This document shows positions 19,420-29,467 of a stretch of 64,000 bases of DNA, piece after piece; position 1 is the first letter of the stretch, and each line of letters opens with the position of its first letter. The translations under genes were made by a program, and so were the position numbers. The notes beneath the pieces were generated by a model that had not been told where the DNA came from, ran no database searches, and saw nothing but the letters and a program-made list of their open reading frames with translations. The DNA is from Candidatus Nanoarchaeia archaeon (GTDB lineage Archaea > Nanobdellota > Nanobdellia > Pacearchaeales > GW2011-AR1): NCBI GenBank assembly GCA_035548435.1, contig DASZSY010000003.1, positions 5,311 through 69,310 of the forward strand. Reading direction: 5' to 3'.

Positions 19420-20197
19420 ATAGATAGGTAAGCAAGAAGACTGGCACAAATGGAATTCCTTCTTTTATCAAAACTTTTTTATTTGCCTTAATAAGTAAAT
19501 CTATTTCCTTTTCAGACAACCCATGAACTGTTGCTTTTATTGTTTTATTTCCTATTCTAACGTCTTGTTGTAACCAATCTCCAGCAGTTAATTTTTTTGG
19601 AGAGTACAGTTTGTTCATACATTTGTCCACAGAAACAAAGTAAGGATAACATAAAAGAGTGAATGAGATTATTGCAGACAAGCAAGAAATAACTGCATCA
19701 TTTAACTTAAATGACATAAAAGCTAATACGAAAACTATCGGAGCTGAAAGATAATATAGTTTAATTTTTTTCTCAAATTCTTTAATAAAACTTTTTTTAT
19801 TTACAAAAGCAATCCTTATGCTAAATAAAAAGCTGTAAATTGCACCTAAAACAAGTAAAGCTAATATAAAGATAAAAATATTTGTTAGAACTTGGTTAAT
19901 TGTTGTTCCAGGTATAAATAATGAAAGCCCCCTAAGCAACTTTGTGTCCCCTCCAGCAAAAACCTTTCCATAATAAAAAGCTAAAGATAAAACAAATAAA
20001 ACTGCAAAAGATAAAACTCCCATAAACAATACATTCCAATCTTTAGTTTCAATACCATAAAATAGCCTAGCAAAGAAACCTATACCTATAAGTGAGAGTG
20101 TAACCCAGTTTGCAACCTCTTTGCTTCTCAAATCCTGAACTGCTCCAAAAACAAGCCATATTCCTACAATTATTGAAAGAAAAATCCATATAATCAT
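19367..20197 (-). CDS. Type IV prepilin / preflagellin peptidase (PibD/FlaK-like A24 aspartyl protease)
   Basis: Polytopic; Asp about 22 (AVQDLRS) and second catalytic motif AGGDTKLL (GxGDxKL), matching the PibD D23/D80 arrangement. Confidence 0.65.
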   Translation of the reverse strand: MIIWIFLSIIVGIWLVFGAVQDLRSKEVANWVTLSLIGIGFFARLFYGIETKDWNVLFMGVLSFAVLFVLSLAFYYGKVFAGGDTKLLRGLSLFIPGTTINQVLTNIFIFILALLVLGAIYSFLFSIRIAFVNKKSFIKEFEKKIKLYYLSAPIVFVLAFMSFKLNDAVISCLSAIISFTLLCYPYFVSVDKCMNKLYSPKKLTAGDWLQQDVRIGNKTIKATVHGLSEKEIDLLIKANKKVLIKEGIPFVPVFLLTYLFMVFFFLFGQHWLVALT

Positions 20198-20232
20198 GAA
20201 TACCTATATTACCTAACGTTTATTAATCTTAT

Positions 20233-21240
20233 TTGCCTAAAATGAAAATGAAAGAGGATAATCAAAACATTAAATTTAGAGCTTCTCTTTTTTGGATAGT
20301 CCTTGCAACTTTAGTAGTTTTATCGTTTTTTATATTAAAACCGTTTATAATCCCTATAGTTTCAGCCTTTGTTTTAAGCTATCTCGCAATGCCAATATAT
20401 GAAAAGATAAAGAAATCTTCAAATCAGCATATTGCCGCAATACTAACCATAGTACTTCTAATTGGAATTGTTATTATTCCAGTAGCTTTGATGCTTAGCT
20501 CTTTAACTTCTCAAGCTCAATCAGCCATATCAGCATCAGACATTGAATCTTTAACTCAAAAAGTTAAATCTCTTGAAATATTTAATAAATTACATATAAA
20601 TCTAGAAAAACTTAAAGAAAATATTCTTGAAGCTATAATAAATTCCATAGGAAAAACCTTGAAAGAAATTCCTTCAATGATTATCTCTGTGGTTATAACC
20701 ATTTTAGCCACATATTACATGCTTCTTAAGAGAGATTCTATGGTTAAAGTTGTAAAAGAATTTATCCCATTCTCAAATAAAGATAAATTAACCTCTGAAA
20801 TAGCTTCTGCAACAAGGCACATTATGTATGGATATTTCCTTGTGGCATTTCTTGAATTTATAGTAGCAGGAGTTGGTTTTTACGCTGCTGGAATAAACAA
20901 TTATCTCATATTTGCTTCATTAATTTCAATGCTTGCATTCATTCCGGGCCTTGGCCCAGGAATTGTTTGGATTCCAACATTTATTTTGAGCGTTTTATCT
21001 GGGGATTACCTTCAAGCAATAATAATATTAGCAACAGGTCTTACAATTAGTGTTTTGATAGAAACATTCCTTCTAAGTAAAATAATAGGACACAAAGCTT
21101 CAATTCATCCTTTAATACTGTTAATAGGAATCCTGGGAGGAGTTCCAATATTTGGAATATTTGGATTTATTATAGGTCCAATTGTACTAGCATATACAAT
21201 TAAGATTCTTGAGCAGGCTGTTGGCGTGAAGAAAGATTAG
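20233..21240 (+). CDS. AI-2E family transporter (UPF0118/PerM-like permease)
   Basis: About 8 TM helices, FIPGLGPGIVWIP motif. Confidence 0.5.
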   Translation: MPKMKMKEDNQNIKFRASLFWIVLATLVVLSFFILKPFIIPIVSAFVLSYLAMPIYEKIKKSSNQHIAAILTIVLLIGIVIIPVALMLSSLTSQAQSAISASDIESLTQKVKSLEIFNKLHINLEKLKENILEAIINSIGKTLKEIPSMIISVVITILATYYMLLKRDSMVKVVKEFIPFSNKDKLTSEIASATRHIMYGYFLVAFLEFIVAGVGFYAAGINNYLIFASLISMLAFIPGLGPGIVWIPTFILSVLSGDYLQAIIILATGLTISVLIETFLLSKIIGHKASIHPLILLIGILGGVPIFGIFGFIIGPIVLAYTIKILEQAVGVKKD

Positions 21241-21353
21241 CTGTCCTCATAGCTCCGCCACGCTTAAATCTATTGAATCTTGCCTTAGCTCTTTTATCGT
21301 TCTTTGATTTTCTTCTGTCAGGTGTGGCGTAATCCATTTTAGCTTTTAGAAAA

Positions 21354-21806
21354 TTAAGCAGATGTAACGAATGTAGAACAAGCTGCAGGTTCAGAATTTC
21401 CAACAGCAATCAATTGCTTTCCAGACAATTTCTCATTAGTACAATATTCTTTTGCACTGGAAGGTGTAACTCCAGAACATAATGTTGAGAAAGTGCTTGA
21501 TACTGTTTTATCCATAACATTCTGTATAGCAGAATATTCGCATGTAGCATATATGCTTTGTCCATTAACTTCAATTTCTCTGAATTTTTGACAGTAATCT
21601 GCCTTAAGTTCCTGACTTCCCGCAATTTCACAAGCCTTTGCAGCTACATCTAGTTTAGATCCAGCCGAGTCAGTAGCATTGTTAACCTTATCAAAGAATC
21701 CAGTTGCGAATAATATTACAAGAACAACAACTACAATTCCTAAGATCATAAGTAAAATAGTTGTAAGAGTTACTCCCTCCTGTCCCCTTTTATTGTCCAT
21801 AGCCAT
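21354..21806 (-). CDS. Pilin-like protein with class III (type IV prepilin) signal peptide
   Basis: MAMDNKRG|QEGVTLTTILLMILGIVVVVLVIL: basic N-terminus, Gly at -1, Q/E after cleavage site, about 20 hydrophobic residues. Confidence 0.55.
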   Translation of the reverse strand: MAMDNKRGQEGVTLTTILLMILGIVVVVLVILFATGFFDKVNNATDSAGSKLDVAAKACEIAGSQELKADYCQKFREIEVNGQSIYATCEYSAIQNVMDKTVSSTFSTLCSGVTPSSAKEYCTNEKLSGKQLIAVGNSEPAACSTFVTSA

Positions 21807-21821
21807 TAGTTAGATTGAGTT

Positions 21822-22277
21822 TCATTTATTTATAAACCTTGTGAACTCGCCGTTAATTGTAGCTTCAGTGTTCAAATTCCACTCTCTCTTCCATATGCTT
21901 TCTCCCGCCCTTGATTGTACAAACACTCCTTCAACCTCTAATATTACCTTATTTCCATTTCTTGTTATTTTGAACTCTCCATTCTCTATTTTTGAGAAGA
22001 AATTACCCTGTCCTTCTAAGTGCAAGTCTCTTTTTTCTGCAGATTGCCTCAAAACATCAGGAGTAAACCCTTGTTTTATGAAATCTTCAATAATTAAAGA
22101 AGAAGAGCTTTCAATGTATTGCTGCATAACATTTACATCTGTTGACATCTTTGAAATATTCATAGAAGCTGCAGCGTAGTTATCATCTAAATTAAGATAA
22201 GATAATGCTGCAAAAGTGCAAGCTATCAAAGCAATAAGAGGCAAGAAAGCAAATGCAATATTTCCTTTGTTATTCAT
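21822..22277 (-). CDS. Pilin-like protein (class III signal peptide)
   Basis: MNNKG|NIAFAFLPLIALIACTFAAL. Confidence 0.45.
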   Translation of the reverse strand: MNNKGNIAFAFLPLIALIACTFAALSYLNLDDNYAAASMNISKMSTDVNVMQQYIESSSSLIIEDFIKQGFTPDVLRQSAEKRDLHLEGQGNFFSKIENGEFKITRNGNKVILEVEGVFVQSRAGESIWKREWNLNTEATINGEFTRFINK

Positions 22278-22794
22278 CTATACACCTTCCCAAATAAGAT
22301 TCAACATAATATTTTTCCTCTGGATTTAGGAAAGAGAAAGTATAATTTCTAATTTGTGAACTTCCCATGTAACCTTCTCGAGGATTTGCCACAAAGTCTT
22401 GGAAAAATGAATATTCTTTTTCTGTTCCATTTACAAAAACAACTGCTTCTTGCTTATCATTTTTAGGTCCAAATGTTATTTTATAATATAGATATAAACA
22501 TCCATTTAAAGGAGCAATTTCCTTTAATCCAGACCTCATTTCTTCATCAAGTCCATGTTTTCTAACTCCTTCAATAAAAGTCATATTTTCAAACTGCCCA
22601 GAACTGTTTTCAACATTTATTTTTTCAAAAACAACTGGCAAGTAAGTTGTTCCAAAAGCAGCTTCCTTGCTTGACAATGAGTGAGTTCCAAAAACTCCTG
22701 CCATTATTAGTGCATAAACAATCATTATAAGAAATACTGCAATAAAGATAGGCATTGCTTCAATTCCTTTATCTAAAACTCCTCTTCTGTTCAT
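22270..22794 (-). CDS. Pilin-like protein (class III signal peptide)
   Basis: MNRRG|VLDKGIEAMPIFIAVFLIMIVYALIMAGVF. Confidence 0.45.
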   Translation of the reverse strand: MNRRGVLDKGIEAMPIFIAVFLIMIVYALIMAGVFGTHSLSSKEAAFGTTYLPVVFEKINVENSSGQFENMTFIEGVRKHGLDEEMRSGLKEIAPLNGCLYLYYKITFGPKNDKQEAVVFVNGTEKEYSFFQDFVANPREGYMGSSQIRNYTFSFLNPEEKYYVESYLGRCIDE

Positions 22795-23243
22795 TTCTTC
22801 ACCTCCGACTCAACATTATTTCCAGTTAAAACATAAACTTCAGTATCTTTTCCATCTATCTTCAGATTAACTTCAGTCTTTATACATCTAGGATATTGTT
22901 CTCCCTTATCTTGCAGTCCGCAAGCCACGGTATTTCCATACCTAAAGAAAGATTCTGTTTGGGAATTTATAGAAACAATAAATCCTTTTTCAAATAATTT
23001 TTCATCAAAATTACAAGTTAAAAATAAATTAGAAATGTCTTCTTTCTTTAACACTTCAACATTCTTCAAACAATCAATTATTTTTCCAGACAACACTTCA
23101 GATTCTGACACTCTTATATCATACGGCTTTCCAGAAATAAGAAGATCTCCAACAACTATACCTCCAAGTATTATAAGTAGTATAAATAAGAAGTAAACTA
23201 AAAATATTTGGTCTCCAGATTCTGCTTTTTTATTCATTTTCAT
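22791..23243 (-). CDS. Pilin-like protein (class III signal peptide)
   Basis: MKMNKKAESG|DQIFLVYFLFILLIILGGIVVG. Confidence 0.45.
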   Translation of the reverse strand: MKMNKKAESGDQIFLVYFLFILLIILGGIVVGDLLISGKPYDIRVSESEVLSGKIIDCLKNVEVLKKEDISNLFLTCNFDEKLFEKGFIVSINSQTESFFRYGNTVACGLQDKGEQYPRCIKTEVNLKIDGKDTEVYVLTGNNVESEVKK

Positions 23244-23655
23244 TCTCCGTTCTCTTTTCTATTTTAAAGTTCAAGAAATTTTGAGGAACTCCAAGTTCCA
23301 TGCTTGTTTGCGTTACAATAACATCATTAAAGTAAGGATAGCATTTCCCTCCACTAACGCTGAGTTGAACACAAATTCTTCTATTCTTAGCATCAAACAA
23401 AAACATATTTCCAGCTTCCTGAATATCTATCCCATTTCTTTTAGCTATGCTCGTTGCCTTTTGAACTTCAAGTCTTAGCACATCTCCAGCCTGAGATGAA
23501 TCAACAACTCTTGCAAGCTCCTTGGCATAGAAATCTTCCCACAGTGCGCTACTGTTTGCTCTATTAAATAAAAATCCCCATATAAGTAAAACAAAAAAAG
23601 CTAATAAAATCAAATACATTATATTTTCAGTTAGTACATTTGCTTTTTTGTTCAT
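23230..23655 (-). CDS. Pilin-like protein (N-terminal basic + hydrophobic segment)
   Basis: MNKKANVLTENIMYLILLAFFVLLIWGFLF; the Gly at -1 is not obvious. Confidence 0.4.
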   Translation of the reverse strand: MNKKANVLTENIMYLILLAFFVLLIWGFLFNRANSSALWEDFYAKELARVVDSSQAGDVLRLEVQKATSIAKRNGIDIQEAGNMFLFDAKNRRICVQLSVSGGKCYPYFNDVIVTQTSMELGVPQNFLNFKIEKRTENENE

Positions 23656-23656
23656 T

Positions 23657-24196
23657 TTATCCCGTCTTTACTTTATTACTGTCTAATTTTATTTTAGCAA
23701 AAACAGTTTTATCACTGTTGGTTATTAAACTCATCTCACAACTTCCAACGCTTTCAGGCAAAACATATTTTTCCTGTTCCATAGAAGAATCTCCAGCATA
23801 TTCAACATCAACTCTTTGATAATCTAACTTCTGACAAACTCCCTTGCTTTGGCATTTTTCTGCCACATTTCCAGAAGCAGCCAAAGGACAAACGCATATA
23901 CAGCTATCAAAATAACACTTATCGGGTCTACCTTCCTGCCCAGCACTCCAAGCTGCCACAAACCAATTTCTAGAATTAGGGAATCCTTGAACAATAAAAG
24001 AAACATTTCCTTTCTCTGCAAATTTAAGCTTCTCAACAAATAAATCAAGAGTATTTTTGGCATTTCTGTTTTCTGAGTCCATGAAAACGCTAGCCACTTT
24101 AATTATTCCATATACTATCCCCGCAATTATTAAAACTGCAATTAAAATTGAAATAACTTCATTTAATGTTACTTCTCCTTTTCTTTGTTTATTCAT
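23657..24196 (-). CDS. Pilin-like protein (class III signal peptide)
   Basis: MNKQRKG|EVTLNEVISILIAVLIIAGIVYGII. Confidence 0.55.
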   Translation of the reverse strand: MNKQRKGEVTLNEVISILIAVLIIAGIVYGIIKVASVFMDSENRNAKNTLDLFVEKLKFAEKGNVSFIVQGFPNSRNWFVAAWSAGQEGRPDKCYFDSCICVCPLAASGNVAEKCQSKGVCQKLDYQRVDVEYAGDSSMEQEKYVLPESVGSCEMSLITNSDKTVFAKIKLDSNKVKTG

Positions 24197-25245
24197 ATAT
24201 TCCCCTCAAGAGTTCCACAAAGATTTCTAATATTATCTACACTGTATGGAAATGCCTGAAGCAAAGAACATCCTTTATTTGCTTCCTTATTATCTGAAAC
24301 AAATGTTCCGCAATATCCAGTAGCTGCAATTTGACTTTGCCATGAATTGTAAGATCCATAACCTGCAATTCCTACTGCAGCCAATGCAACTGCTCCTGCA
24401 GTATAGGGATTTGAAAATACTAATCTTGTAGCACTTACAGCAGCAACAGGTTTAGCTATGAACGCTCCTCCTCCAATAACTCCTGCAGCTGTAAGTTGAT
24501 TTTCTAAAACTTCAGGTATTGTTTTAGCTTTAATTTGCATAAATATGAAAGCAGTTTCGTTTGCCGCACTGTCTTCTATTTTAACTGAATTGTCTTGTTT
24601 AACTTCTCCTTTTCCTTCTCCCTTGAATGTTGAATAGCTGCTTGTTGCCCCATCAGTCATTGCTTGAACATAAGTCAAAGAACTTCCTGGAGTAGTATAT
24701 TTTTCCATGTATCTGTTTACGTCTACCTTACCCAATACGCTAGCAGAAACATCATTTCCTATTGCAACTCTTGTGCAAACAACACATCTTGATTTTGATT
24801 GTTCGAATCCATATCCTTCCTTTAGAGTTCCAAACAAATCAAGTTTTCCCTGTCCCATCATATTCCAACAGTTGAGCATTGAATTCGCCATTTGTTTTTC
24901 TATTTCTCTTGCCTGCTCTTCTTCTCCGGCAGCATCTTTAGCTTTATTCTTGGGCAACACAATCTTTACAACATTCTTCTCTCCAACAAATTGTTTACAG
25001 TCTCCAGCGCTAGTCTCAACAAGACATATCTTTGATGTGGTACATTGTAGTGGAACAAGTGACTGTGTTCCCTGTTTGACTTCTGCTGCAGTAGCTCTAC
25101 TTACAACTGAAAGCTTACAAACCTCATCAGAAGTATAATTGTCTGTTTTAAGTTGCATATAGAAAGCAAGCAGTATCAAAAATCCAAGTATTGCCAAAAC
25201 AATCATTATTATCTGTGTTGACGTCAATTCTCCTCTTTTAATCAT
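24193..25245 (-). CDS. Large pilin-like protein (class III signal peptide), 350 aa
   Basis: MIKRG|ELTSTQIIMIVLAILGFLILLAF; long Cys-containing, Ser/Thr/Gly-rich C-terminal domain. Confidence 0.55.
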   Translation of the reverse strand: MIKRGELTSTQIIMIVLAILGFLILLAFYMQLKTDNYTSDEVCKLSVVSRATAAEVKQGTQSLVPLQCTTSKICLVETSAGDCKQFVGEKNVVKIVLPKNKAKDAAGEEEQAREIEKQMANSMLNCWNMMGQGKLDLFGTLKEGYGFEQSKSRCVVCTRVAIGNDVSASVLGKVDVNRYMEKYTTPGSSLTYVQAMTDGATSSYSTFKGEGKGEVKQDNSVKIEDSAANETAFIFMQIKAKTIPEVLENQLTAAGVIGGGAFIAKPVAAVSATRLVFSNPYTAGAVALAAVGIAGYGSYNSWQSQIAATGYCGTFVSDNKEANKGCSLLQAFPYSVDNIRNLCGTLEGNI

Positions 25246-25284
25246 AAATTCTCAATGCAAATTCTCTTTATAACTATTACTAGC

Positions 25285-25398
25285 TTAGGTTAGCTTACTG
25301 AAGATGTATATTCCAACGCCAAAGCCTATAATCAAAAATACTATCCAAAGAAGTATTGTAACCAAATTGTCTCCTAAAAGCTGTCCCTTTCTATGCAT
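25285..25398 (-). CDS. Minor pilin-like mini-protein (37 aa), not in ORF track
   Basis: Hand translation gives MHRKG|QLLGDNLVTILLWIVFLIIGFGVGIYIFSKLT; essentially only the class III signal and helix. Confidence 0.45.
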   Translation of the reverse strand: MHRKGQLLGDNLVTILLWIVFLIIGFGVGIYIFSKLT

Positions 25399-26200
25399 TG
25401 CACTTCTCTCCTGCCTTGTTTAAATCAACAAGCAAGTATCTTCCTTCGCTTAAGTAACTTGTTCCAACCTTCTTCAAACAAAATTGAGTGCCCTGGACAG
25501 TTATTGCCGGGTTCTTAAACACGCTATCTCTCCAAATTGTTGCATTTTGGTTTATAACTATAGATTGGACCTCGTTAAATGGATTTACAGGGGCACTATC
25601 AGATGAAGATTGAACCACTCCATAAAATTCTCCATTATTATTTCCATTAAAGAATAATATTCCATACTCAGATTTTCCTTTTGAAACAAAAGCAATAACT
25701 GTTCCCCTTGAATATACTGGAGCAGTGTTTAAGGTCCATTGTCCAATTCCATAACCTATCCATCCTCCAACATTATACCAAGAAGGTTTTTCAGGTTCTA
25801 AACTCTTTGATTTTGCAATCTCAGTTACCTTAACATTATATTCTCCATTGTTAAATATTTCAGCAGAGTTCCTCTTAGACTTATCAAAATAATAATCCTC
25901 GAATATCTGATTCATTTCAGATTCTGTTGTTTCTTTCTTTAGGCCATCAAACTTTGTGTTTGTGGTTAAATCATTCCATCTTTCTCCATCATAAAGTTGA
26001 ACCTTGTCCATTTCAATATCGTATCTTACAATTCCTATCTTCATAGGCTCCTTTGAAGTATCATTGAATCCGGGAGTATTATCAAAATAATTCTGTATTT
26101 TATCAAACCCTTTCATAGGCCCAAGAAATATGATCAAAAGTAAAACAACTGCAATAATAGCTGAAAGAAAAACCCAATTTATCTGTGCTTTATTTTTCAT
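25391..26200 (-). CDS. Pilin-like protein (class III signal peptide)
   Basis: MKNKA|QINWVFLSAIIAVVLLLIIFLG (Ala at -1, Gln at +1). Confidence 0.5.
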   Translation of the reverse strand: MKNKAQINWVFLSAIIAVVLLLIIFLGPMKGFDKIQNYFDNTPGFNDTSKEPMKIGIVRYDIEMDKVQLYDGERWNDLTTNTKFDGLKKETTESEMNQIFEDYYFDKSKRNSAEIFNNGEYNVKVTEIAKSKSLEPEKPSWYNVGGWIGYGIGQWTLNTAPVYSRGTVIAFVSKGKSEYGILFFNGNNNGEFYGVVQSSSDSAPVNPFNEVQSIVINQNATIWRDSVFKNPAITVQGTQFCLKKVGTSYLSEGRYLLVDLNKAGEKCNA

Positions 26201-26204
26201 TTTC

Positions 26205-26357
26205 TTATCCTGCCCTCAGCATATTTTTAATGTAGTCTATTGCTCCGTTTCCTTTTCCACTTAAAGTCATATAAAGAATAATCATAAGTATCAAAACTCC
26301 AATTCCTATAATCCATGGAACTAATGTTTCCCATACTTGCCCTCTTTTATTATTCAT
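26205..26357 (-). CDS. Minor pilin-like mini-protein (50 aa), not in ORF track
   Basis: Hand translation gives MNNKRG|QVWETLVPWIIGIGVLILMIILYMTLSGKGNGAIDYIKNMLRAG. Confidence 0.45.
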   Translation of the reverse strand: MNNKRGQVWETLVPWIIGIGVLILMIILYMTLSGKGNGAIDYIKNMLRAG

Positions 26358-26440
26358 TCTTTTCCGAAAGAGATTTAGTTATTAAGTTTATCGTCTATGC
26401 ATAAAAGTTATAAGTCAAAAGACACTTTATTGTTCACATT

Positions 26441-27265
26441 ATGGTTTCATACAAACTAAGTCTTCATTCGCATACCTCTAATTTCGCTCATTTTCTAGCT
26501 TTCAGTCCCAACAAAAAAGAATATCTTGAAGAGTTAATAAGAAAATTGACAAAAAAACATGGAAACATTGTTCTGGGCGTTTCAAACTTCAATGATGATA
26601 GATATGGCCTTCTCCTCAAGGCAACTTCTCTTCTTTCAAAAGAATATAAAGTAAATACAGACCACAAAGAATGTTTCTTCTCAGTAAAATATCAAAATAA
26701 GAGTATTCATTTTGTCAAATCAGATGAAATAAACACTGAAAAAGGACATATCTTAATAGTAGGATATACAAAAAGCATCCATAATCATAATCTTCATGAT
26801 ATTCTAAAGGCAGCACACAAACAACATTGTATAATTATAGCAAATCATCCTCTTCACACTCCGAGCACTTCCTATTTTTTTGTTAAGAAAATCTTTGGAC
26901 TTCATTCAGACATAAGTTTAACTTCAGAAGACATTAAAAAACACAAAAAAGATTTTGATGCAGTTGAATTAAACTCTTATTTTCCAGAAGATTGGCATAA
27001 AATAAGAGAGTTCAGTAAAAAAACAGGAATTCCAACAGTATCTGATTCAGATTCCCACTTCCTCAATGAAATGTTCACTTCATGGTATGAAATAAAAGAT
27101 CTTTCTTTTTCCAGCCCAAATAAATTCAAGAAAAGTCTTAAGAAAGGCCTTAGGAAAGGTCTTCATATTCATGCAGCCAAATATGGATTTTTGGCAGTTT
27201 ACAAGCATGTTCTGCAAGTAATGATAGAACACTTTGGAAGAAAATTAGGAATATATGTAAATTAG
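26441..27265 (+). CDS. PHP-domain metal-dependent phosphoesterase
   Basis: N-terminal LSLHSHTSNF (H-x-H of the PHP fold); further His/Asp positions (IANHP, DSDSH). Confidence 0.5.
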   Translation: MVSYKLSLHSHTSNFAHFLAFSPNKKEYLEELIRKLTKKHGNIVLGVSNFNDDRYGLLLKATSLLSKEYKVNTDHKECFFSVKYQNKSIHFVKSDEINTEKGHILIVGYTKSIHNHNLHDILKAAHKQHCIIIANHPLHTPSTSYFFVKKIFGLHSDISLTSEDIKKHKKDFDAVELNSYFPEDWHKIREFSKKTGIPTVSDSDSHFLNEMFTSWYEIKDLSFSSPNKFKKSLKKGLRKGLHIHAAKYGFLAVYKHVLQVMIEHFGRKLGIYVN

Positions 27266-27321
27266 CTGTTCTTTGCAGCGCCGTGCAGTAAAGGTTTATA
27301 ACATATTTTTCCCTTGTTTGA

Positions 27322-29433
27322 ATGGTAAAAAAGATGGGAAATACAGACGAAATTATTAGTAAATACAAGAAAAGAATTGAATCTCAACTTTCAGATTCTG
27401 TCGTTTCTTCTTCAACAGAATATCAAGCTTTCAAAGGAGAAATGATTCCGCAGGTATCAAGATATGAGAAATTTGCCCTTTCTCTTGGAAATTTAATTAA
27501 AATAAACGTAGCAGAAAAAGATAAAGTAAAAATTCAAAGAGAACTTGATGCAGCACACGCAAGCGTTACTGCTTCCCAAGCAATTGCTCTTGCAATGTTT
27601 TCTCTTCTTACCTTATTTTTCCTAACTGTTGCAGCAAGTGTTTCAATATATCTTATAACTGGAACTGCTCCAATTCTTTTTGGAGTGCTAGGTTTAATGA
27701 TAAGCTTCTTTGCTTTCTACTATGCATACAGCATGCCTAAAAGATTAGCAAACGAGTGGAGACTTCAAGCAAGCTCACAAATGGTTCCTGCAATTCTTTA
27801 CCTTGTGGTTTATATGAAACATACTTCAAACCTAGAAAGAGCAATTGAATTTGCTTCACAACATCTTGAGGGTCCTTTAGCACTTGATTTCAAAAAATTA
27901 CTTTACAATGTAGAAATAGGAAAGTATTCCACAGTAAAACAATCTCTTGATTTGTATTTAGAGCAATGGAGAGATTACGCTCCAGAATTCATTGAATCTT
28001 TCCACTTAATTGAATCCTCTCTCTACGAACCTTCAGAGTCAAGAAGAGTACAAATCCTTGAAAAGTCTCTGCAAGTAATTCTTGATGGAGTTTATGAAAA
28101 AATGCTCAAATATTCTAGAAGTATTCGTTCCCCACTTACAAACGTATACATGCTTGGAATAATTCTTCCAACTCTTGGTCTCGCTCTTCTTCCTCTTGCT
28201 TCAGCTCTTATGGGAGGAGTGATAAAATGGACTCATGTCTTCCTTCTTTTCAACATAATTGTTCCTTTCCTTGTATTTTACATGTCTTCTGAAGTTTTAT
28301 TGCGTCGTCCTGGAGGTTATGGAGAAACTTCACTGCTTGAAAAAAACCCAGAGTATTCTTCATATGCTTCAAAAACTCCTTGGATTCTAGCTTCAATAAT
28401 TGCAATTCCTCTTTTGATAATAGGATTCTTGCCATTTATTTTACAGTCAGATATTTCTTTAGAGTCTCTTGGACTAGGAATGTTTGGAGAATTCCTTTTT
28501 GACTTCAAAACAATTGCCGGAGTGAGAGTAGGCCCATTTGGTCCAGGTTCTGTTCTCCTTTCTCTTTGTATTCCTATTGCTCTAGGAACTTTCTTTGCAG
28601 TTGCCTATAGTCAAAAAACTAAAAAGTTAATCAAAGCTCGTGAGCAAACAAAAACTCTTGAAGAAGAATTCACAAACTCTCTTTTCCAGTTAGGAAACAG
28701 ACTTGGAGATGGAGTTCCAGCAGAAATTGCTTTCGCTAAAGTTGCTGAAAGCACACAAGGACAAATGACTCACAATTTCTTCTCCGTTGTAAACAAAAAT
28801 ATACAACAAGGTGGAATGTCAGTTGAAAAAGCAATATTTGACCAAAGACAAGGAGCAATAATATACTATCCTTCTGCTTTAATTGCCACCGCAATGAGAA
28901 TTCTTGTTGAATCAGTTAAGAAAGGATTACAAGTTGCAGCCCGTTCTTTAATGTCAATATCTGAATATGTAAAAAACATAGATAAAATAAATCAACGTCT
29001 CAAAGACTTGCTAGCAGAAATAGTTTCAGACATGCGTTCAAATATGACTTTCCTTGCTCCTCTTCTAGCAGGAATTGTTGTCGGTCTTTCAGTGATGATA
29101 ACTTCCATACTTAACAAACTTCAATCCTATCAAACAACCGTTGGTTCTGGCGCGTCTGGCCTTGGAGCATTTGGTTCAATTCCTCAATTGTTCAATGTAT
29201 CAGAAATGGTTCCACCTTATTTCCTTCAAATGAGTATTGGTATTTACATTGTTGAAATAATCTTCATATTAACAATGGCCCTTGTAACAATTGATGCAGG
29301 CCGTGATCCTCTGCGTGAGAAGTTCGACATTGCCCAGAATATAAAGCGCGGCCTCACCCTTTACATCTTAACAGCAGCAGTGTCAACCATTGCTCTGACA
29401 TTATTATCTACAATAGCGTTGGGAAGCCTGTGA
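27322..29433 (+). CDS. Polytopic membrane platform protein, FlaJ/TadC (T2SS-F)-like
   Basis: 703 aa with large cytoplasmic segments alternating with clusters of TM helices. Its size, topology and position in the pilus locus are the basis for this call. Contextual only. Confidence 0.45.
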   Translation: MVKKMGNTDEIISKYKKRIESQLSDSVVSSSTEYQAFKGEMIPQVSRYEKFALSLGNLIKINVAEKDKVKIQRELDAAHASVTASQAIALAMFSLLTLFFLTVAASVSIYLITGTAPILFGVLGLMISFFAFYYAYSMPKRLANEWRLQASSQMVPAILYLVVYMKHTSNLERAIEFASQHLEGPLALDFKKLLYNVEIGKYSTVKQSLDLYLEQWRDYAPEFIESFHLIESSLYEPSESRRVQILEKSLQVILDGVYEKMLKYSRSIRSPLTNVYMLGIILPTLGLALLPLASALMGGVIKWTHVFLLFNIIVPFLVFYMSSEVLLRRPGGYGETSLLEKNPEYSSYASKTPWILASIIAIPLLIIGFLPFILQSDISLESLGLGMFGEFLFDFKTIAGVRVGPFGPGSVLLSLCIPIALGTFFAVAYSQKTKKLIKAREQTKTLEEEFTNSLFQLGNRLGDGVPAEIAFAKVAESTQGQMTHNFFSVVNKNIQQGGMSVEKAIFDQRQGAIIYYPSALIATAMRILVESVKKGLQVAARSLMSISEYVKNIDKINQRLKDLLAEIVSDMRSNMTFLAPLLAGIVVGLSVMITSILNKLQSYQTTVGSGASGLGAFGSIPQLFNVSEMVPPYFLQMSIGIYIVEIIFILTMALVTIDAGRDPLREKFDIAQNIKRGLTLYILTAAVSTIALTLLSTIALGSL

Positions 29434-29467
29434 GATGGAAAATAAAGATAGAAAATTTTCTCTTCTG

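Noticed and set aside
21354-26357. Interpreting the pilin array as an archaellum (fla) operon
   Set aside because: No flagellin-length FlaB and no FlaH, FlaC/D/E or FlaF/G candidates are present. The proteins are heterogeneous in size, unlike archaellins.
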